DNA of 44,062 nucleotides. Source: Collodictyon triciliatum. Taxonomy: Eukaryota. The position numbers were made by a program, and so were the translations under genes. Positions 11,642-25,655 of the stretch are shown here, in pieces. Every line of letters starts with the position of its first letter. The first letter of the stretch is position 1. The stretch covers positions 1 through 44,062 of the forward strand of contig JBHJMP010000846.1 of assembly GCA_043381765.1 (NCBI GenBank), written 5' to 3'. The notes below the pieces were generated by a model that saw only the letters and a list, made by a program, of their open reading frames with translations, made no database searches and was not told the DNA's origin.

Positions 11642-13695
11642 TGGGAGAATTTTCCCATGATTAGAACAACTCCAAGAGCCGCAGCTGCTATCCTTTGGAG
11701 TGGAAGTCTTGAAACATTGCGATTTTGAGAGTCCCACCCCGCCTCCTTGCTCATGTTTTTGCCGGTACCCGTGGGCGTGGGATTAGCAGGGGAGTCGAGG
11801 TGTCCGTTACGGTCGCACCGATGCGTTTTAACCGTATCCTAATGTGTAATCTTGAAGTGGAATAATACAATATCTATAATTGCAAGCATCAATGATGAGA
11901 TATTAGGGCGTCATACTATTTAAAATGTTTAACAAGCAATATCTTTATGCATATGTTGTTCATTGGGTGCCAAGTTTGTCCCCTCATCCACATCAGGATG
12001 TCTAACTGAATCTACGAACAGTCTAACACCACAATTTTAATCAATTCTTTCTGCTCTCCTTTTTTCCCTTCATTTTTTTTTTACCTCATCTCTGGCGGCG
12101 TTTTGATGATGCCTTAATCAATCTGGAACCTTCGACAAGGTCTGCCTTTCTTTACCTGTTCTTCCGCCTCCAGTCATCCGGCTAAATCGCTTGGCTGGTC
12201 TGCATATCAGCGCGGGGCCTTTCCCCTCCTCTTAATACGCGCAGAGGGCGCTTGGAATAATCCACACGCTGTGATTGCGATTCCGTGAAAGGAGATAAGC
12301 TTAGCTCCAACCCAACCCAAGTTTTTTTTCTCCCTCTGGTACATTTTATTTGCGTGGCCTGCGTGTGTTTGTAAGGAGTGTTTTCTTGAAAAGACTTGAG
12401 GTAGCAAAGTCCACTGATGAGGCGTGGGAGATATTCTGTGAGGCACCTTCTTTTTTTTGTTCTTGGGCTCTTTATTCTTCTAACTATATTCCTCGGCACT
12501 ACAGAGCAAGCCTTGAATTGAGCTGAGGATGTTCTCTGCTCTTCGCAAAGGAATAGCCAGCAAGTCTTCCCTTGTGGTATACCACCGGCTTTTCCCCTTT
12601 TTTTCTCTTAATCTAATTTTCTCAATTTTGTCAATTTCCTCATTTCCCCCCCTTTTTTTTTTCTTCCTTTCTCTCTGTTATTCTGTTATTCACTTCATTT
12701 TTTCAGTTTCTTGCCTCTTGTCTCCCCTTCCTAACACATTATCATGTAAACGACCAGTCTCCAACCTTTGGGCATGTCTTACTTGGTGTAGGGCCTCGTG
12801 CGCATGAACTCCGAGTTTGCAGGTTCTCAATCCCATGGAAATCTTGTGGAAGCGTTCAAGGCAGCTGCCATGGTAAGTTCTCTACAAGTCTAAATAAAAT
12901 GAACCAAAGACAACCTGGGGCGTTCTGTCCTTTGCAGATATGTGACACACTTCTTCCACCGCCACAGAAATATGCACTCACATCTATCATCTGGTCTGTT
13001 TCTCCGTTCATACCACATAACCCTATGACTTCTTTTGGTTATTTTTTTTTCTAGGCACGAGCTCGTTATACTTACTTTGCTGAAATTGCCGATATCGAAG
13101 GTTTTTTTTTGTTTGTTGCTCTTTTCGAACCACTTAAATGAGATACATTCCATTTTATGTCATACAGCAAAAGGAAACAGCAAAGTCGGTCGTTTTGTGA
13201 TTCTTTCAATAATGAAGCAGATAATACAATAAGCAAACAAATCAACACTGAGAAACAAGACCTTTAACCATCCCCACATTCACCGCATAGGCCAAATTGA
13301 GGCAGCCTCAGTATTTCGTGGTCTCGCTCAAGGTTTGGGCTCCAATCACACCGATTTTTTTCTCTATCTATTTACATCTTGGTTATGTTTGCATGAAACA
13401 CGCGCAACATGGACGTGGGTATTACGAATAGAAGAGGTTCCATTAGACCCTCGACCCCTAATTTGTGCAAATAAGCCCACTCTCTCACCAATAACTCCAC
13501 AGCCGAGGAATCGATCGCAAAATCTCACATGGAATTCCTCGCCGATCATGCCAGCGACCCTCAAACAGGAGGACTTTTGGGCACCACGGAAGAGAATGTG
13601 CAGTCTGCCCTCGACAGTGCAAGACACGGTGCCTTTTAGATCATTACGCTTTCCCCCTTTCCAAGGCTGTAGCTCCACTGTTGCAAAACATTCTA

Positions 13696-13794
<99 letters not shown>

Positions 13795-13828
13795 CACAAT
13801 TACGATTACGATTACGATTACGATTACA
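13696..13828. repeat. (TAA)n microsatellite followed by (GATTAC)n
   Basis: Directly visible. Confidence 0.95.
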
Positions 13829-14431
13829 ATAATAACGATGATGATAACAACGAGAATGATAATGGTAATAATTTTCCGCGCTTCGAATATCCCTCTTTGT
13901 CCTCACTTGCTCATGTTCGGACACAGCCGCGAAGGAGATGTACCCTGGGATGGCCTCTGTTGCCCGCTCCGAAGGCTTTGAAGAGCTTGCCACAGAGTTT
14001 GAGTACCTGGGTAAACCACTCATCTTGGTCCTCGCTCACAAGCCGTACATCTCCATCATTCATCTTCTAACCGCAATCTACCATCCTTCTCTCAACCCAT
14101 CTAATCATACACCCCCCTCGTTTGCAACACCCGCAGCCGACGCACAGAAGAAGCTCATCAAGACCCTCAACAAGACCTCGGAAAACATGTGAAGGGAGTC
14201 GCGCATCGATACCAATAAAGGGAAAAAGTCCCGTATCATAAATGCGTTCTTTCTGGCGAGGGAAATGCGTTTTGGCCTTTTGTGTGCTGGCCTTTCAAAT
14301 AAACCCGTTTTGGCCACCACATTGGACATTTCATAGCCTTGCGGTCGCGCGGGAGATTTCCCCACGGCTGGACAGCGAGGCATCTTCGTGCTTGGGCTGT
14401 GAGGTGGGCGGGCTTCCCTGGCCGGCGAATC

Positions 14432-14811
14432 NNNNNNNNNNNNNNNNNNNNNNNNNNNNNNNNNNNNNNNNNNNNNNNNNNNNNNNNNNNNNNNNNNNNN
14501 NNNNNNNNNNNNNNNNNNNNNNNNNNNNNNNNNNNNNNNNNNNNNNNNNNNNNNNNNNNNNNNNNNNNNNNNNNNNNNNNNNNNNNNNNNNNNNNNNNNN
14601 NNNNNNNNNNNNNNNNNNNNNNNNNNNNNNNNNNNNNNNNNNNNNNNNNNNNNNNNNNNNNNNNNNNNNNNNNNNNNNNNNNNNNNNNNNNNNNNNNNNN
14701 NNNNNNNNNNNNNNNNNNNNNNNNNNNNNNNNNNNNNNNNNNNNNNNNNNNNNNNNNNNNNNNNNNNNNNNNNNNNNNNNNNNNNNNNNNNNNNNNNNNN
14801 NNNNNNNNNNN
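14432..14811. other. Assembly gap (N run)
   Basis: N bases. Confidence 1.
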
Positions 14812-14939
14812 GAAGGCTACTTGAGAGTATTATATTGATGTTTTGTGGCTTCTAACACCATACTCTAATCCACTTGACAGACACCCGTGATCTTCTTCCT
14901 GGTGACTAGAATCAAAGCAGCCTTCTTTCTGCCTCATTA

Positions 14940-17900
14940 ATGGTTTTCTTTAATATACATACTTTTCATGGGCATTTCCCTCCGCTTTCTTTTTCACATC
15001 AATGTGATTTTTATTTTGATTAGAAGAAATCAATTTAAAGAAAAAGGGAGTTGCCACTAGTTCTTCTTCTTCTTTCTCCCTAAACAAGAGAATATACACA
15101 TGAATATAAAGCCGCTTCGCCTTGAGATCAAACGTAAATTGTGTGCCCGATCCGACCGTGTGAAATCGGTTGATATTCATCCGACCGAGCCGTGGATCCT
15201 TGCTGGGCTCTACAATGGTCATGTCTATGTCTGGAACTATGTGACTCAAGTAAGACACACCTTTTCTTTTCTTTTCTCTTTCTTTCTCATTTGCATATAT
15301 ATAGGTATGCCTCTCTTTTCTTTCGTGCATCAGGTGATATATCCTAATGTGATATGTTGTCGATTAATTGTGATCCATTCATTTTCACATGTACCTTAAA
15401 AAAAAAAAAGGGGAGAGATAAGGCGTTCTTACCTTTCTTCCCATCCACGAGATGATTCATTTGACTGAAAAACTCCCCAAAACGCATTATATCTCTCTCA
15501 ATTAGCTTACTTTGATTAAAATAAAGGAAAAGTATATCAAGCAACTTTACCCCTTGATATCCACGTATATTTATCGGCATACCAATGACATCACAATTAT
15601 ATGGAAAATAACTACAATAATTACCAAACATAGGCTTTGGTGAAAACTTTCGAAGTGACCGAGTTACCAGGTACCCTGAACTTAAATTGTTGACTCTAAC
15701 TAAAAAAATAATAATTTGCACTGTATCCTAGCTTTGAAAAGCATCTAATCATATTTCCTGCAATACATACCAGTGCGCGTATCCAAGTTTGTTTATCGCA
15801 AACAATGGGTTGTAACGGGCTCTGATGACATGCAAGTTCGTGTGTACAACTACAACACGATGGAAAAAGTCAAGACCTTCGAAGCCCACACCGATTATAT
15901 TCGCTCGGTTGCTGTTCATCCTACACAGCCGCTCATGCTCACGTGTTCCGATGATACCTCAATCAAGCTATGGGATTGGGAAAAGAATTGGTCTAATATT
16001 CAGGTACTTATTTCTCAAATATGCAAATAAATAGATAAATAAATAGGGAACCTATAATGCGTTCTTAAAAAAAAAAAAAGAGTATTTTCTAAACTTTTCA
16101 AGAATTAGACTCCAAAAAAAGGGGTGTCGTTCAAAGTAAATGATTGAGAATACGTGCATTCTTTAACCAAATTGATAATATATTCGAAATAATGCATTTC
16201 CATGTAAAATGAACAGGTTTTCGAGGGGCACGGACATTATGTCATGCAGGTAGTTTTTAACCCAAAAGACCCCAACACCTTTGCCAGTGCATCTCTCGAT
16301 AGGACAGTAAAAGTATGGTCGGTTGGAGCAAACGTGCCTAACTTCACCCTCGAAGGACACGAGAAGGGTGTTAATTCGCTCGATTACTTTGTGGGTGGGG
16401 AGAAGCCTTATCTTATCACCGGCTCGGATGACAAGTAAGACAAATCTCATCAACGATATAAATCGTTGAGTGATTCTATTTCCTTTAATCTTATATGAAT
16501 AATTTCTCATATATGTAAACTCAGCAAGAAAATACAATGACAGATCCATTTTGATAGATATTATGATTGTTATTCCTGTCTCTCGAAAGCATGAACTGAG
16601 TTGATTATGTTTGAATATATAGGACTGTGAAAATATGGGATTATCAAAACAAATCGTGTGTCCAAACCCTCGAGGGCCATTCTAACAATGTGTCTGTTGT
16701 TGCATTCCATCCCGAGCTCCCACTCATCCTTTCCGGCTCCGAAGATGGAACCGTGAGGCTCTGGCACTCTGGTACATATCGCCTAGAAAACACCTTAAAC
16801 TATGGATTAGAGCGCACCTGGGCAATTGGATGCCTGAAAGGTAACGTTGGAGGTTATATTCTGCACTATCATAATATTTAAATCTCATGACTCATGGTTG
16901 TCTTAGGCTCCAACAAAGTGGCCATCGGGTATGACGAAGGTTCCGTGCTCATCAAGGTAGTGACGCTGCTTGGTCGTCCTTACTCGACACAAATAATATA
17001 TTCTGTGCAGAAAAAAAAAGTTTTATCATAGGGTATACCATGATAAGTGAAGTTTTGTTCAAATAGCTGGGACGAGAAGAGCCCATCGCAAGCATGGACC
17101 AGAGCGGAAAGATTATTTGGGCGAGGCATATGGAAATCCAAAGCGCGAATATAAAAGTGGTTGGAGGTAACCATAATTCCACTAACCATGGCGTCAAATT
17201 TTTATCTCTATGATTCACTAAAATACAACTTGTACGAAAAGAACCAGTCAAGAGCTAACAAGCTGTTTTTCCTTATTATTAATGTCAGATGCTACAATTG
17301 TTGATGGGGAGCGTCTTCAGCTTACCACGAAGGAACTCGGAAATACCGAAGTATATCCTCAGAGCCTGAAGCACAATCCAAACGGGAGATTTGTGGTCAT
17401 GTGTGGTGATGGTGAATATACTATATACACTGCTCTTGCTTGGAGAAATAAAACCTTTGGAAGCGCTCTAGACTTCGTGTGGGCTCAGGGATCTGGAGGA
17501 GAGTAAGTGTCGCTTATTATTGATATACTGACTCAAATCTTACACAAGAATGATGTCTTTTCTCTACGTAGATTGGGCACTATCTAACATAAGCCTTTTC
17601 ATGATTTTCTATGTATCATTATCTCATGATTACAGCTATGCTGTTCGAGAATCGCAAAGCAAAATCAAGACTTTTAAGAACTTTAAAGAGCATAAGAATT
17701 TTAAGCCACCTTTCAACGCAGAGGCGATGTATGGAGGTATGTATTTCCTGTCATTTCTCTGGTTTGTTTGATTCAAAAGAATAAATAAACAGTTGGGGTG
17801 TAAGCCAAAATCCCCATCGGCTTGCACAAATTGAAATAAATAATAATAAAATATATATATACCAGCATCCCACCATCCTGCACAAAATTGAAAGGAATAA

Positions 17901-19411
17901 TAATAATAAATAAAAAACATACAGGGTGTCTATATTTTGATGTCATCTTATGACCATTATTTTACTTTTAAAATAGGTTCACTCATCGCCCTTCGGTCAT
18001 CATCCTTTATTTGCTTCTATGATTGGGAAGAGTGTCGTCTCATTCGACGAATCGACGTCGTACCTAAAAATGTAAAGGACAATTCAATCAAGATAAACTT
18101 GCCTCTGTAACTACATTTCAAAATATATTACCATTATTTAATTTTCCGAAAAAAAAAAAGGAAGGAGAAAAAGGGGTATTTTAATCATAGACTGAGTTTA
18201 GGTCTATTGGTCTGAAGGGGGAGAATATGTGTGCATCGCTTGTGATGCTAGCTTTTACATTCTGCGATATAACAAAGAAGCTGCAAACAGCTTTTTGGAT
18301 TCCGGTGAAGAACCCCCTTCAGACGTAAGCATACCTTCGATGTAAACTATATGTTTTAATTTCATTTTATTAAAAAAAAAAAAACACACACACAGAGCGT
18401 CACATCACATTATGCGATATTAATCTTAGCATAAGAATGTTCTTTGAAATATTTTTAATTTTTTTTTTTTGATTTGGCAGGGAATCGAAGATGCCTTTGA
18501 GGTGACACAAGAGATAGCCGAAAGGTATGTAAAAATAATAATCAATCAAGAAATCATTCTCGCGATATGTCCTTTTGAAAATAAAATCTTTAAAAGAACC
18601 TCTTTGAATCAGGGTCCTCACTGCAACGTGGATTGGTGACTGTTTTGTCTACACTTCATCAAATGGTCGTCTAAATTACACAGTTGGCGGTGAAGTAATC
18701 AACATATCCCATCTTGATAGGTAATACCTCATTTTATGTACAATGAGTTTGATTGCAAAATCGCACGACTTTATTAATTTGCTTTAAATAATATCCATTC
18801 CTGTATTCCATGTTATATATTTACTTCCCCCCTTTATTCGATTCAGAGTACAGCGAGGTATCCTATATTTATTTACTTCTTTCAATGTTTTACCCTTTTC
18901 TAGACCTCTCTATCTTCTCGGATTCATCGGAAAAGAGAGCAGGGTTTACCTGATTGACCGCGAGTATTCTATCGTGTCATATTATTTGCCGCTCGCAATG
19001 ATCGAATACCAGTCAGCCATCGTTCGTAAAGATCTGGAAGCTGCGGAGAAGCTTTTACCTGGAATCCCGGCTGAGCATATGACCAGGACTGCAAGATTCT
19101 TGGAAGCACAGGTTTCTCTTTCTCTTTCTCTTTCTCTTTCTCTTTCTCTTTCTCTTTCTCTTTCTCTTTCTCTTTCTCTTTCTCTTTCTCTTTCTCTTTT
19201 TCTTTTTCTTNNNNNNNNNNNNNNNNNNNNNNNNNNNNNNNNNNNNNNNNNNNNNNNNNNNNNNNNNNNNNNNNNNNNNNNNNNNNNNNNNNNNNNNNNN
19301 NNNNNNNNNNNNNNNNNNNNNNNNNNNNNNNNNNNNNNNNNNNNNNNNNNNNNNNNNNNNNNNNNNNNNNNNNNNNNNNNNNNNNNNNNNNNNNNNNNNN
19401 NNNNNNNNNNG

Positions 19412-19475
<64 letters not shown>

Positions 19476-21412
19476 GTCATACTGCGCTGTACTATCATTT
19501 TTTTCTTATCCAACGTGGTTGTGTAGGTGTTTAAATTTAACTTATTTACCTCGATCAATGCATAAAAGGGTTTTGTAGAGCAGGCTTTGGAAATTTCGCG
19601 TGACCCTGAGCATCGCTTCGACCTTGCAATTCAGGTTGCCTAATCACGTCTCAATAATCTTCCATGAGCACATAAGGGAATTAATATCGTATGAAATATA
19701 TCTTCTACTCCTTTTTTTTTTTTTAAAAAAAAAATGTAATAAAAAAGTCATTAAGTGTCTCTGATGGTCTATTTATCGCAGTTGGGGAACCTTGATATCG
19801 CCCATCAAATCGCTGCGGAGGCAAACAACGAGCAGAAATGGAAGCAACTTGGAGACCTTGCGATTCAAACTTGGAGAGTTTGTAACTCGCAAATAGAAAA
19901 AAATAATCATTTTTACATGTGCCATAGATTCTAGAGTAGATGATTCCGGTTTTTTTTTTTTTTTTTTTGCGGCTAATGGTAGTGACTAAATTGGAAAAAG
20001 CTCATTTTACTTTGGTTACATCCTTATTTTTTTTTTTTTTTTTTTTTTTTTTGCATACATAGTTTGAAATGGCTAATTCGTGCTTCAGCGCCGGTCAGGA
20101 CTTTTCGGGTCTCTTGCTTTTGCATTCTTCCACAGGAAATATTGAAGGGCTTGAAAAGTTAGGAGCTCAAGCTCGCGAAGCTGGTTTGTTTTACAATACT
20201 GTGAAAAAATCAAAAGCTAAAACATCAATAATCAATGCATCAATTAATAATGATGAAAATGCTAACAATAATGAATTGAATCGCGATGGGGGTTTTTTTT
20301 TTTCTCCTTCAGGAAAGCATAATATCGCGTTCGTGAGTTATCTGCTGTCTGGAAAATTGGAAGAGTGCGTTGAGCTTCTCAAACTGTCAGGTCGCGTGCC
20401 CGAAGCTGCATTCTTTTCTAGAACATATCTCCCAAGGTTCGAACTCCCCAAACCACAAATCTCTGTTGAAGCGCAAGGAAGTCGTCTTCTCCCCTATGTG
20501 CTGATTCAATTATCATATGAAATACGCTCTCATTGGTTTCAATTTATCGCATAAAGTCTAATCCTACACGAAATCGCAGCCAAATTTCTGAAGTATTGAA
20601 GTCTTGGAAGGAAGAGCTCCAAGTGGTTAACAAAAAAGCAGCTGATTCCCTGGCCGACCCATTGGAGTACGAAAATCTCTTTCCTGATCTAGTCATGGTA
20701 TTTACTATCATCTTCGAGCAAATGCAATGCCCATTATTAGCATTAGTATTGTTATTATTATTACCATTACTATGTTGACTATCTCCCACTTTGGAGTGGG
20801 ATAAGATATGCAAAATAAAAAAAAAAAGTCTCCGAATGATGTGTTTTGCTGCGCAGAATTAAACTCCTAGTTTTACAACCTATTCAGGCCTTGAAAGCTG
20901 AGCAAATTCTGCGTAAGAGTAGAAAAATGCCTTACGCAGCAGAGCTTTACCCAGAGCTTAAGGACAATATTTTCAGGGATGTGATTTCTGGTTGGTAACT
21001 TGATTATTTCCCCCTTACTGAATAAACACAATCGAAGTAAACAAATAAACTAAAACCCAATAATTTTTCTCATACCCCGCGATAAGAGCGGATTTAGTGC
21101 CACTTTAAGAATGCCTTTATTAGATATTGCAATAAATGATCAAATAAAAATGAGCATACATATATATGTATCAAAGAAATGAAAGAATCTGGGGAGGACT
21201 TTGTCGTGGCAGCATCGCAAGTGGATGAACAGGAACAAGAGGAACAAGTAGAGGAGGAGCCACCTCACCCGACAATCCCCGAGAAAGCTCCTGCTCAACC
21301 TGAAGTCGAACCAGTAATTCCGGGTGCCACCACAGCCAGCCAAGTGCCGTCTAGCACTGAGTCTACTGCTGTTGCTGAAGAAGCCTTGGACGAAACAGCG
21401 GATTGGAGCTAA
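14940..21412 (+). CDS. COPB2: Coatomer subunit beta' (COPI), many exons
   Basis: Probable ATG-only first exon (14940-14942, GT follows). Exon 15112-15249 reads [28 protein letters not shown]. Further exons at 15634-15670, 15774-16003 ([16 protein letters not shown]), 16218-16434 and onward include [50 protein letters not shown] and [16 protein letters not shown]. Acidic tail ends at TAA 21412. Confidence 0.96.
17804..17915 (+). repeat. Two tandem copies of the short retroposon-tail repeat in a COPB2 intron
   Basis: ...cttgcacaaattgaaataaataataataaa and ...catcctgcacaaaattgaaaggaataataataataaa, matching the inserts at 873-927 and 31580-31619. Confidence 0.65.
19112..19474. repeat. (TTTCTC)n and (GTT)n microsatellites flanking gap 19211-19410, intronic
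   Basis: Directly visible. Confidence 0.95.
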
Positions 21413-21819
21413 GCGCTATGTGAGGGGTTTTTTTTCTTTGTTGCAAACCATTTTGTAACAATCTTCTACATGTGGGCATGAAAAATCACGTCCATTCTTT
21501 ATGTCTTATCATGAAACGCAATCTTTTCTCAATCTATCACGCCGGAAAATTACATGCTCATTTGATATTATTGACAGATCAAAATGGAAAAGTCAACAAC
21601 GCGCAAGAGGCACAATCGAGGAAACTTCCGCAAAGTCAAACCACGATGGTCTCTTTCATCACAAGGAAAGAAAAAAAAAACAAAATAAAAATAATTCGAT
21701 TGAGAAAAAAAAAAAAGACGGAGAACCCACTGACATTTTCCCTTCCTTTTTTTCTTATTATAAATAAGAATATTATTGTGATTGCTTTTATGAAAGAATG
21801 ATTCTTTTTGTCGTTTGGT

Positions 21820-24800
21820 TCATTGGGCGCATTTCTCCCTCCATTCGCTGGAAAGTTGGTCGTCTCTTTCAACAACCCATCCATTCGCATAGCAATCAGC
21901 GATTATCCCAAAGACCGTCGGGTGCATATCCTTCTCTCCAATCTTCATCCCAAAGTCGCCATACTTCAGAATGTTTTGCTTGATGTTCGACATCTTAGTC
22001 AGCACATCAAAGGCCTCTTTGCTTCCGCCTTGGACCAGCCTCTTGAGCGATTCATAGTCCTTTGTCTCTTCAAACCACTCTGCGGCTTTGGCAAGATTCT
22101 TTCCCACCCCCCAACCATGCTCAAAGCACATGGCCAAGGACGTGGCTGCCGTGGGGAAGACCAGCGACTCCCCCAACTTGACACCCGGCGAAACAAGGTC
22201 TATCTTGACGTTTGCAATCTCAAGCAAGGCCTCAAAGGCTTCTTGGCACCCGCTCTGCGCTAGACTCTGCAGCTTGGTGAGATTGTCCGGCGTTTCGACC
22301 GAGGCGAGGATGTTCAGTTTAAGAGATTGGATAGGATTCCTTTGGACAACCCAGCCGTTTTCGTAGCACTTAGCCAAAGAGGCTAAGGCAGTGGGGTGCG
22401 TGTGCTTCGTTCCTGTTTTCATTCCATACTTAACGAGCGGTTCCTTTGATGCAGCAAAGTGCTCGAGGACGCAGATGGCATCACTAGAGCTTTCAGTCTC
22501 TGCAAGGTGCTCCAAAGCCTCCATGAACTCCCTGCATTCATTCGGGCGTGATAAAATCTTCCACCTTATCGAAAGGACACTGTCCTTTGCTACACCGATT
22601 CCCTTTTCATAGCACTCGGCTATGGCGCTGGCCTGATCTGGCGTGAAAGGATGCGAGGCACAATATGCAATCAAATCGCTGTCGTAACTCACAGCCCCCT
22701 TTGACAGCAACAAGAGTTTGTTTGATTGGTTCAATCCTGTAACATTACGCAACTCGATAACACTTTTCCCACTGGGCTTGCTCCCTCCAAACTTGAAGGT
22801 ATTTTCGATGCATACCTCAACTGTGTCACCAATCAGATTACCTTCGTCATCATATTCAGTATAGTACGAATCTTGTAAACTACCTCCATATGAATCATCT
22901 GCTAAATCAGAATCACCATGAGCATCGTCGTCATCACTATAATTGTCATAATCATCATAATCGTCGTAGTCTTCTCTTCTCTTCTTTGTTTTACGTGCCT
23001 TTTCTCTTCTTTCTCGCTTCGTGACGCTACATTTGATTCTGCGAATATGTAAAGAGCTATCTTGCATGGCTGAGGCAATCCATAAATCATTTTCAGATAT
23101 CTTGATTACACAAAGGTTGTTGACTTGCCCATCTTCTTCCATATCAAAGACTGATTTTCTCGTCTCGATATCCCAAAAGCGAGTCACACCTTCTTTACTT
23201 CCAGAAACGAGAAAGGTTTTCCCGTCCACAGGTCCCGTGCATACAGTTGACCGATAGTAGTCTGTATTTTCTTCAAGGCTGCAGACTTCAGACTCATCAG
23301 ATATATCCCATATTTTTATCATGCAATTTCCACCAGAGACGAGCCATTTTTCATCACGCGGTCCATTCATACAGCAAACACTTTTGACTTTACTACTATG
23401 GCCCTCCAAGGCTTTGACTTCATCTCCTGACATCAAGTCCCAAATACGAACGGTTGAATCATGGCCACCAGAAGCGAGCCATGCTTCTCCGCTGGGCCCG
23501 TCGATGCTACAAACAGATTTTACCTTTTCTGTGTGTCCCTCAAACATTCTTTCCTGATTTCCAGAATCGAAATCCCACAATCTAACCGTGCTATCGTTTC
23601 CACAGGAAGCAATCCATTTTTCTCCGTTCGGACCGTTCACTCGGCAAATGGCATTTACCTTGCCTGCATGCCCTTTCAGTGTTCTTATTCGCAAACCAAT
23701 CTCCAAATCCCATATAATTATCAGACCCCCTGTGGTCCCAGATGCAACGGGATATCCTCGGTCATATCCCTTCAAGCAACAGATGCATTCGAAAGGCTCG
23801 TCACACTCAATAGTAAATATGACCTCAGCTGTATTCAAATTCCATACACGTATCGTGCTATCTCTGCTACACGTTACAAGCCACTTATCGGATGAAGCAG
23901 AATCGATTTCACATGAACACGTGATAGAACTGTCATGTGCTTCGGAATACTTGCGAGGTTTTCCCTTTTCTACATTCCATAGGCGAGCAGAATAATCTTT
24001 GCTTCCGGATGCGACCCAGATCTCACCACTCGGATTACAAATGCTTGCTAATGTTGTTACAGAACTCGTATGCTCCATCCATCTAATTAGTTCGATACCA
24101 GATGTCAAATCCCAAACGCGTACTGTCTTGTCTTTACCTCCAGAAACTAACCACGTTTCTCCGTTTGTACCATTTATTCCAATCACACTGTTTACGTGTG
24201 ACGCATGCCCCTCAAACGATTTCATTTGAACACCTGATGCAATATCCCAAATCCGTATTGTCTTATCTTTACCACCCGAGACGAGCAAGATTTGGCCGAA
24301 AGAGTTACGAATCCAACAAAGACTTCGAGGGTCGTTCGAATGTCCATCTAATATTTTGATCTGAGCCCCAGTCTGCAAATCCCATATGCGGATAGTCCTA
24401 TCCTTACTTCCAGAAGCTATCCAATTCTTATCATGGATTCCCCCGATTGTGCATACACACAAGACCGATTTCAAGTGTCCCTCTAAAGTCCGTTGATGTG
24501 TGCCATGATCCAGGTCCCATATTCGAATGCTATCATCTGCACTACCAGAAATGAGCCAGTTCTCGCCATTGATGCCTTTTGAGAAACATATACAATTCAC
24601 CGCGTATTTGTGTCCTTCTAGTAAGAAAATTTGACTTCCGGTAGACAAATCCCAAACTCGGATAGCTTTGTCATCGCTTGAAGAAGCTAATAGATATTCA
24701 TGAGCCATAGAACGAGCTTGACACACGCTATTTATCGGATGTTTGTGTCCCTCTAGAAACCTTACTTGATTTCCCGAGGCTAGGTCCCATATTCTAATTG

Positions 24801-25655
24801 TTTTATCGCTACTTGCAGTGGCGAGCCACTGTTCTCCGTTCAGGTATTCAATAACACAAATGCTTTTTACATAGTCTGAGTGCCCATTTAATAGATTGAA
24901 TGGAATTCCAAGGACCACACCTTTCATATTTGTTTCATTTAAAATACACTTTCGATATGAAGAAAATGAAAGATTAACGGATTCCAAGTTGGCTCCTGTG
25001 AAGTCACTTTCATCAAGATTTGCATTTGTCAGAATGGCTCCAGGAATGCTAATGTTCTTAAAGTCCATGCGAGACAAGGGAGCATTCATAAGATTGAGAA
25101 GTGTAATTGCATTTGATGCTGGGATAGATTTAGTCACATCGGTTCGGGATGAAAGAACTATTTGAATCAAATATGAAATGATTTCTTCTCTATTCATAGA
25201 TTTGTCACTCTGAACTTGCTGAATTTGTTCTGAAATAAAAGCAGCAATGTTAGTAAATTCGATTGCTTTTTTACTACAATCAATCTTCCTTGGATGAAGG
25301 GAAAGATATTTATAGCATTCTAATGTTCTTTCGTGTACCCATCCAAGTTTTTCCGAGAATAAATCCTTCATATCAGTCCAAAATTCAATAATGTCGTCAA
25401 TATCTCTAGAATTAAGTATCATGTTATCAACTGTCTTGCATAAGTAATATGATAGTTTGTTTGTAAATGAACTGTTCTCCAATAGCAATGATATTGCTTT
25501 TTTGTAAAGTTGTGTCAGCGATTTATAAGCCTTTTTCTCCATCATCAATTGACCAATAGTTATCGCTTGATTTGCATTCTTCAGAGATGATTGAGTACTT
25601 GTGGATAGACGAATTTTAGATGCTTCTTGAAAATGTTCAGCTACTTGATTGAAAC
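21820..25655 (-). CDS. Terminal exon: pentapeptide repeats, about 14 WD40 repeats, acidic linker, 4 Sel1-like repeats
   Basis: ASNAITLL...IPGAILTNANLDESDFTGANL; repeated WLASGxxDxTIRIWDLxSG...LEGH; LAxCYExGxGVxKD motifs. Confidence 0.92.

Noticed and set aside
11414-11737. N-terminal extension of ORF 10154..11737
   Set aside because: It runs through the (GAAA)n microsatellite (FFLS repeats) from a non-ATG start; ATG 11413 is the credible start.
13364-14070. Poly-Y / poly-N ORFs
   Set aside because: Translations of the (TAA)n microsatellite.
12090-14192. GC-richer exon-like patches (e.g. 13938..14192), and 13280-13700 as a possible decayed LINE 3' end before (TAA)n
   Set aside because: In-frame stops, no recognisable domain, and no consistent splice model could be built.
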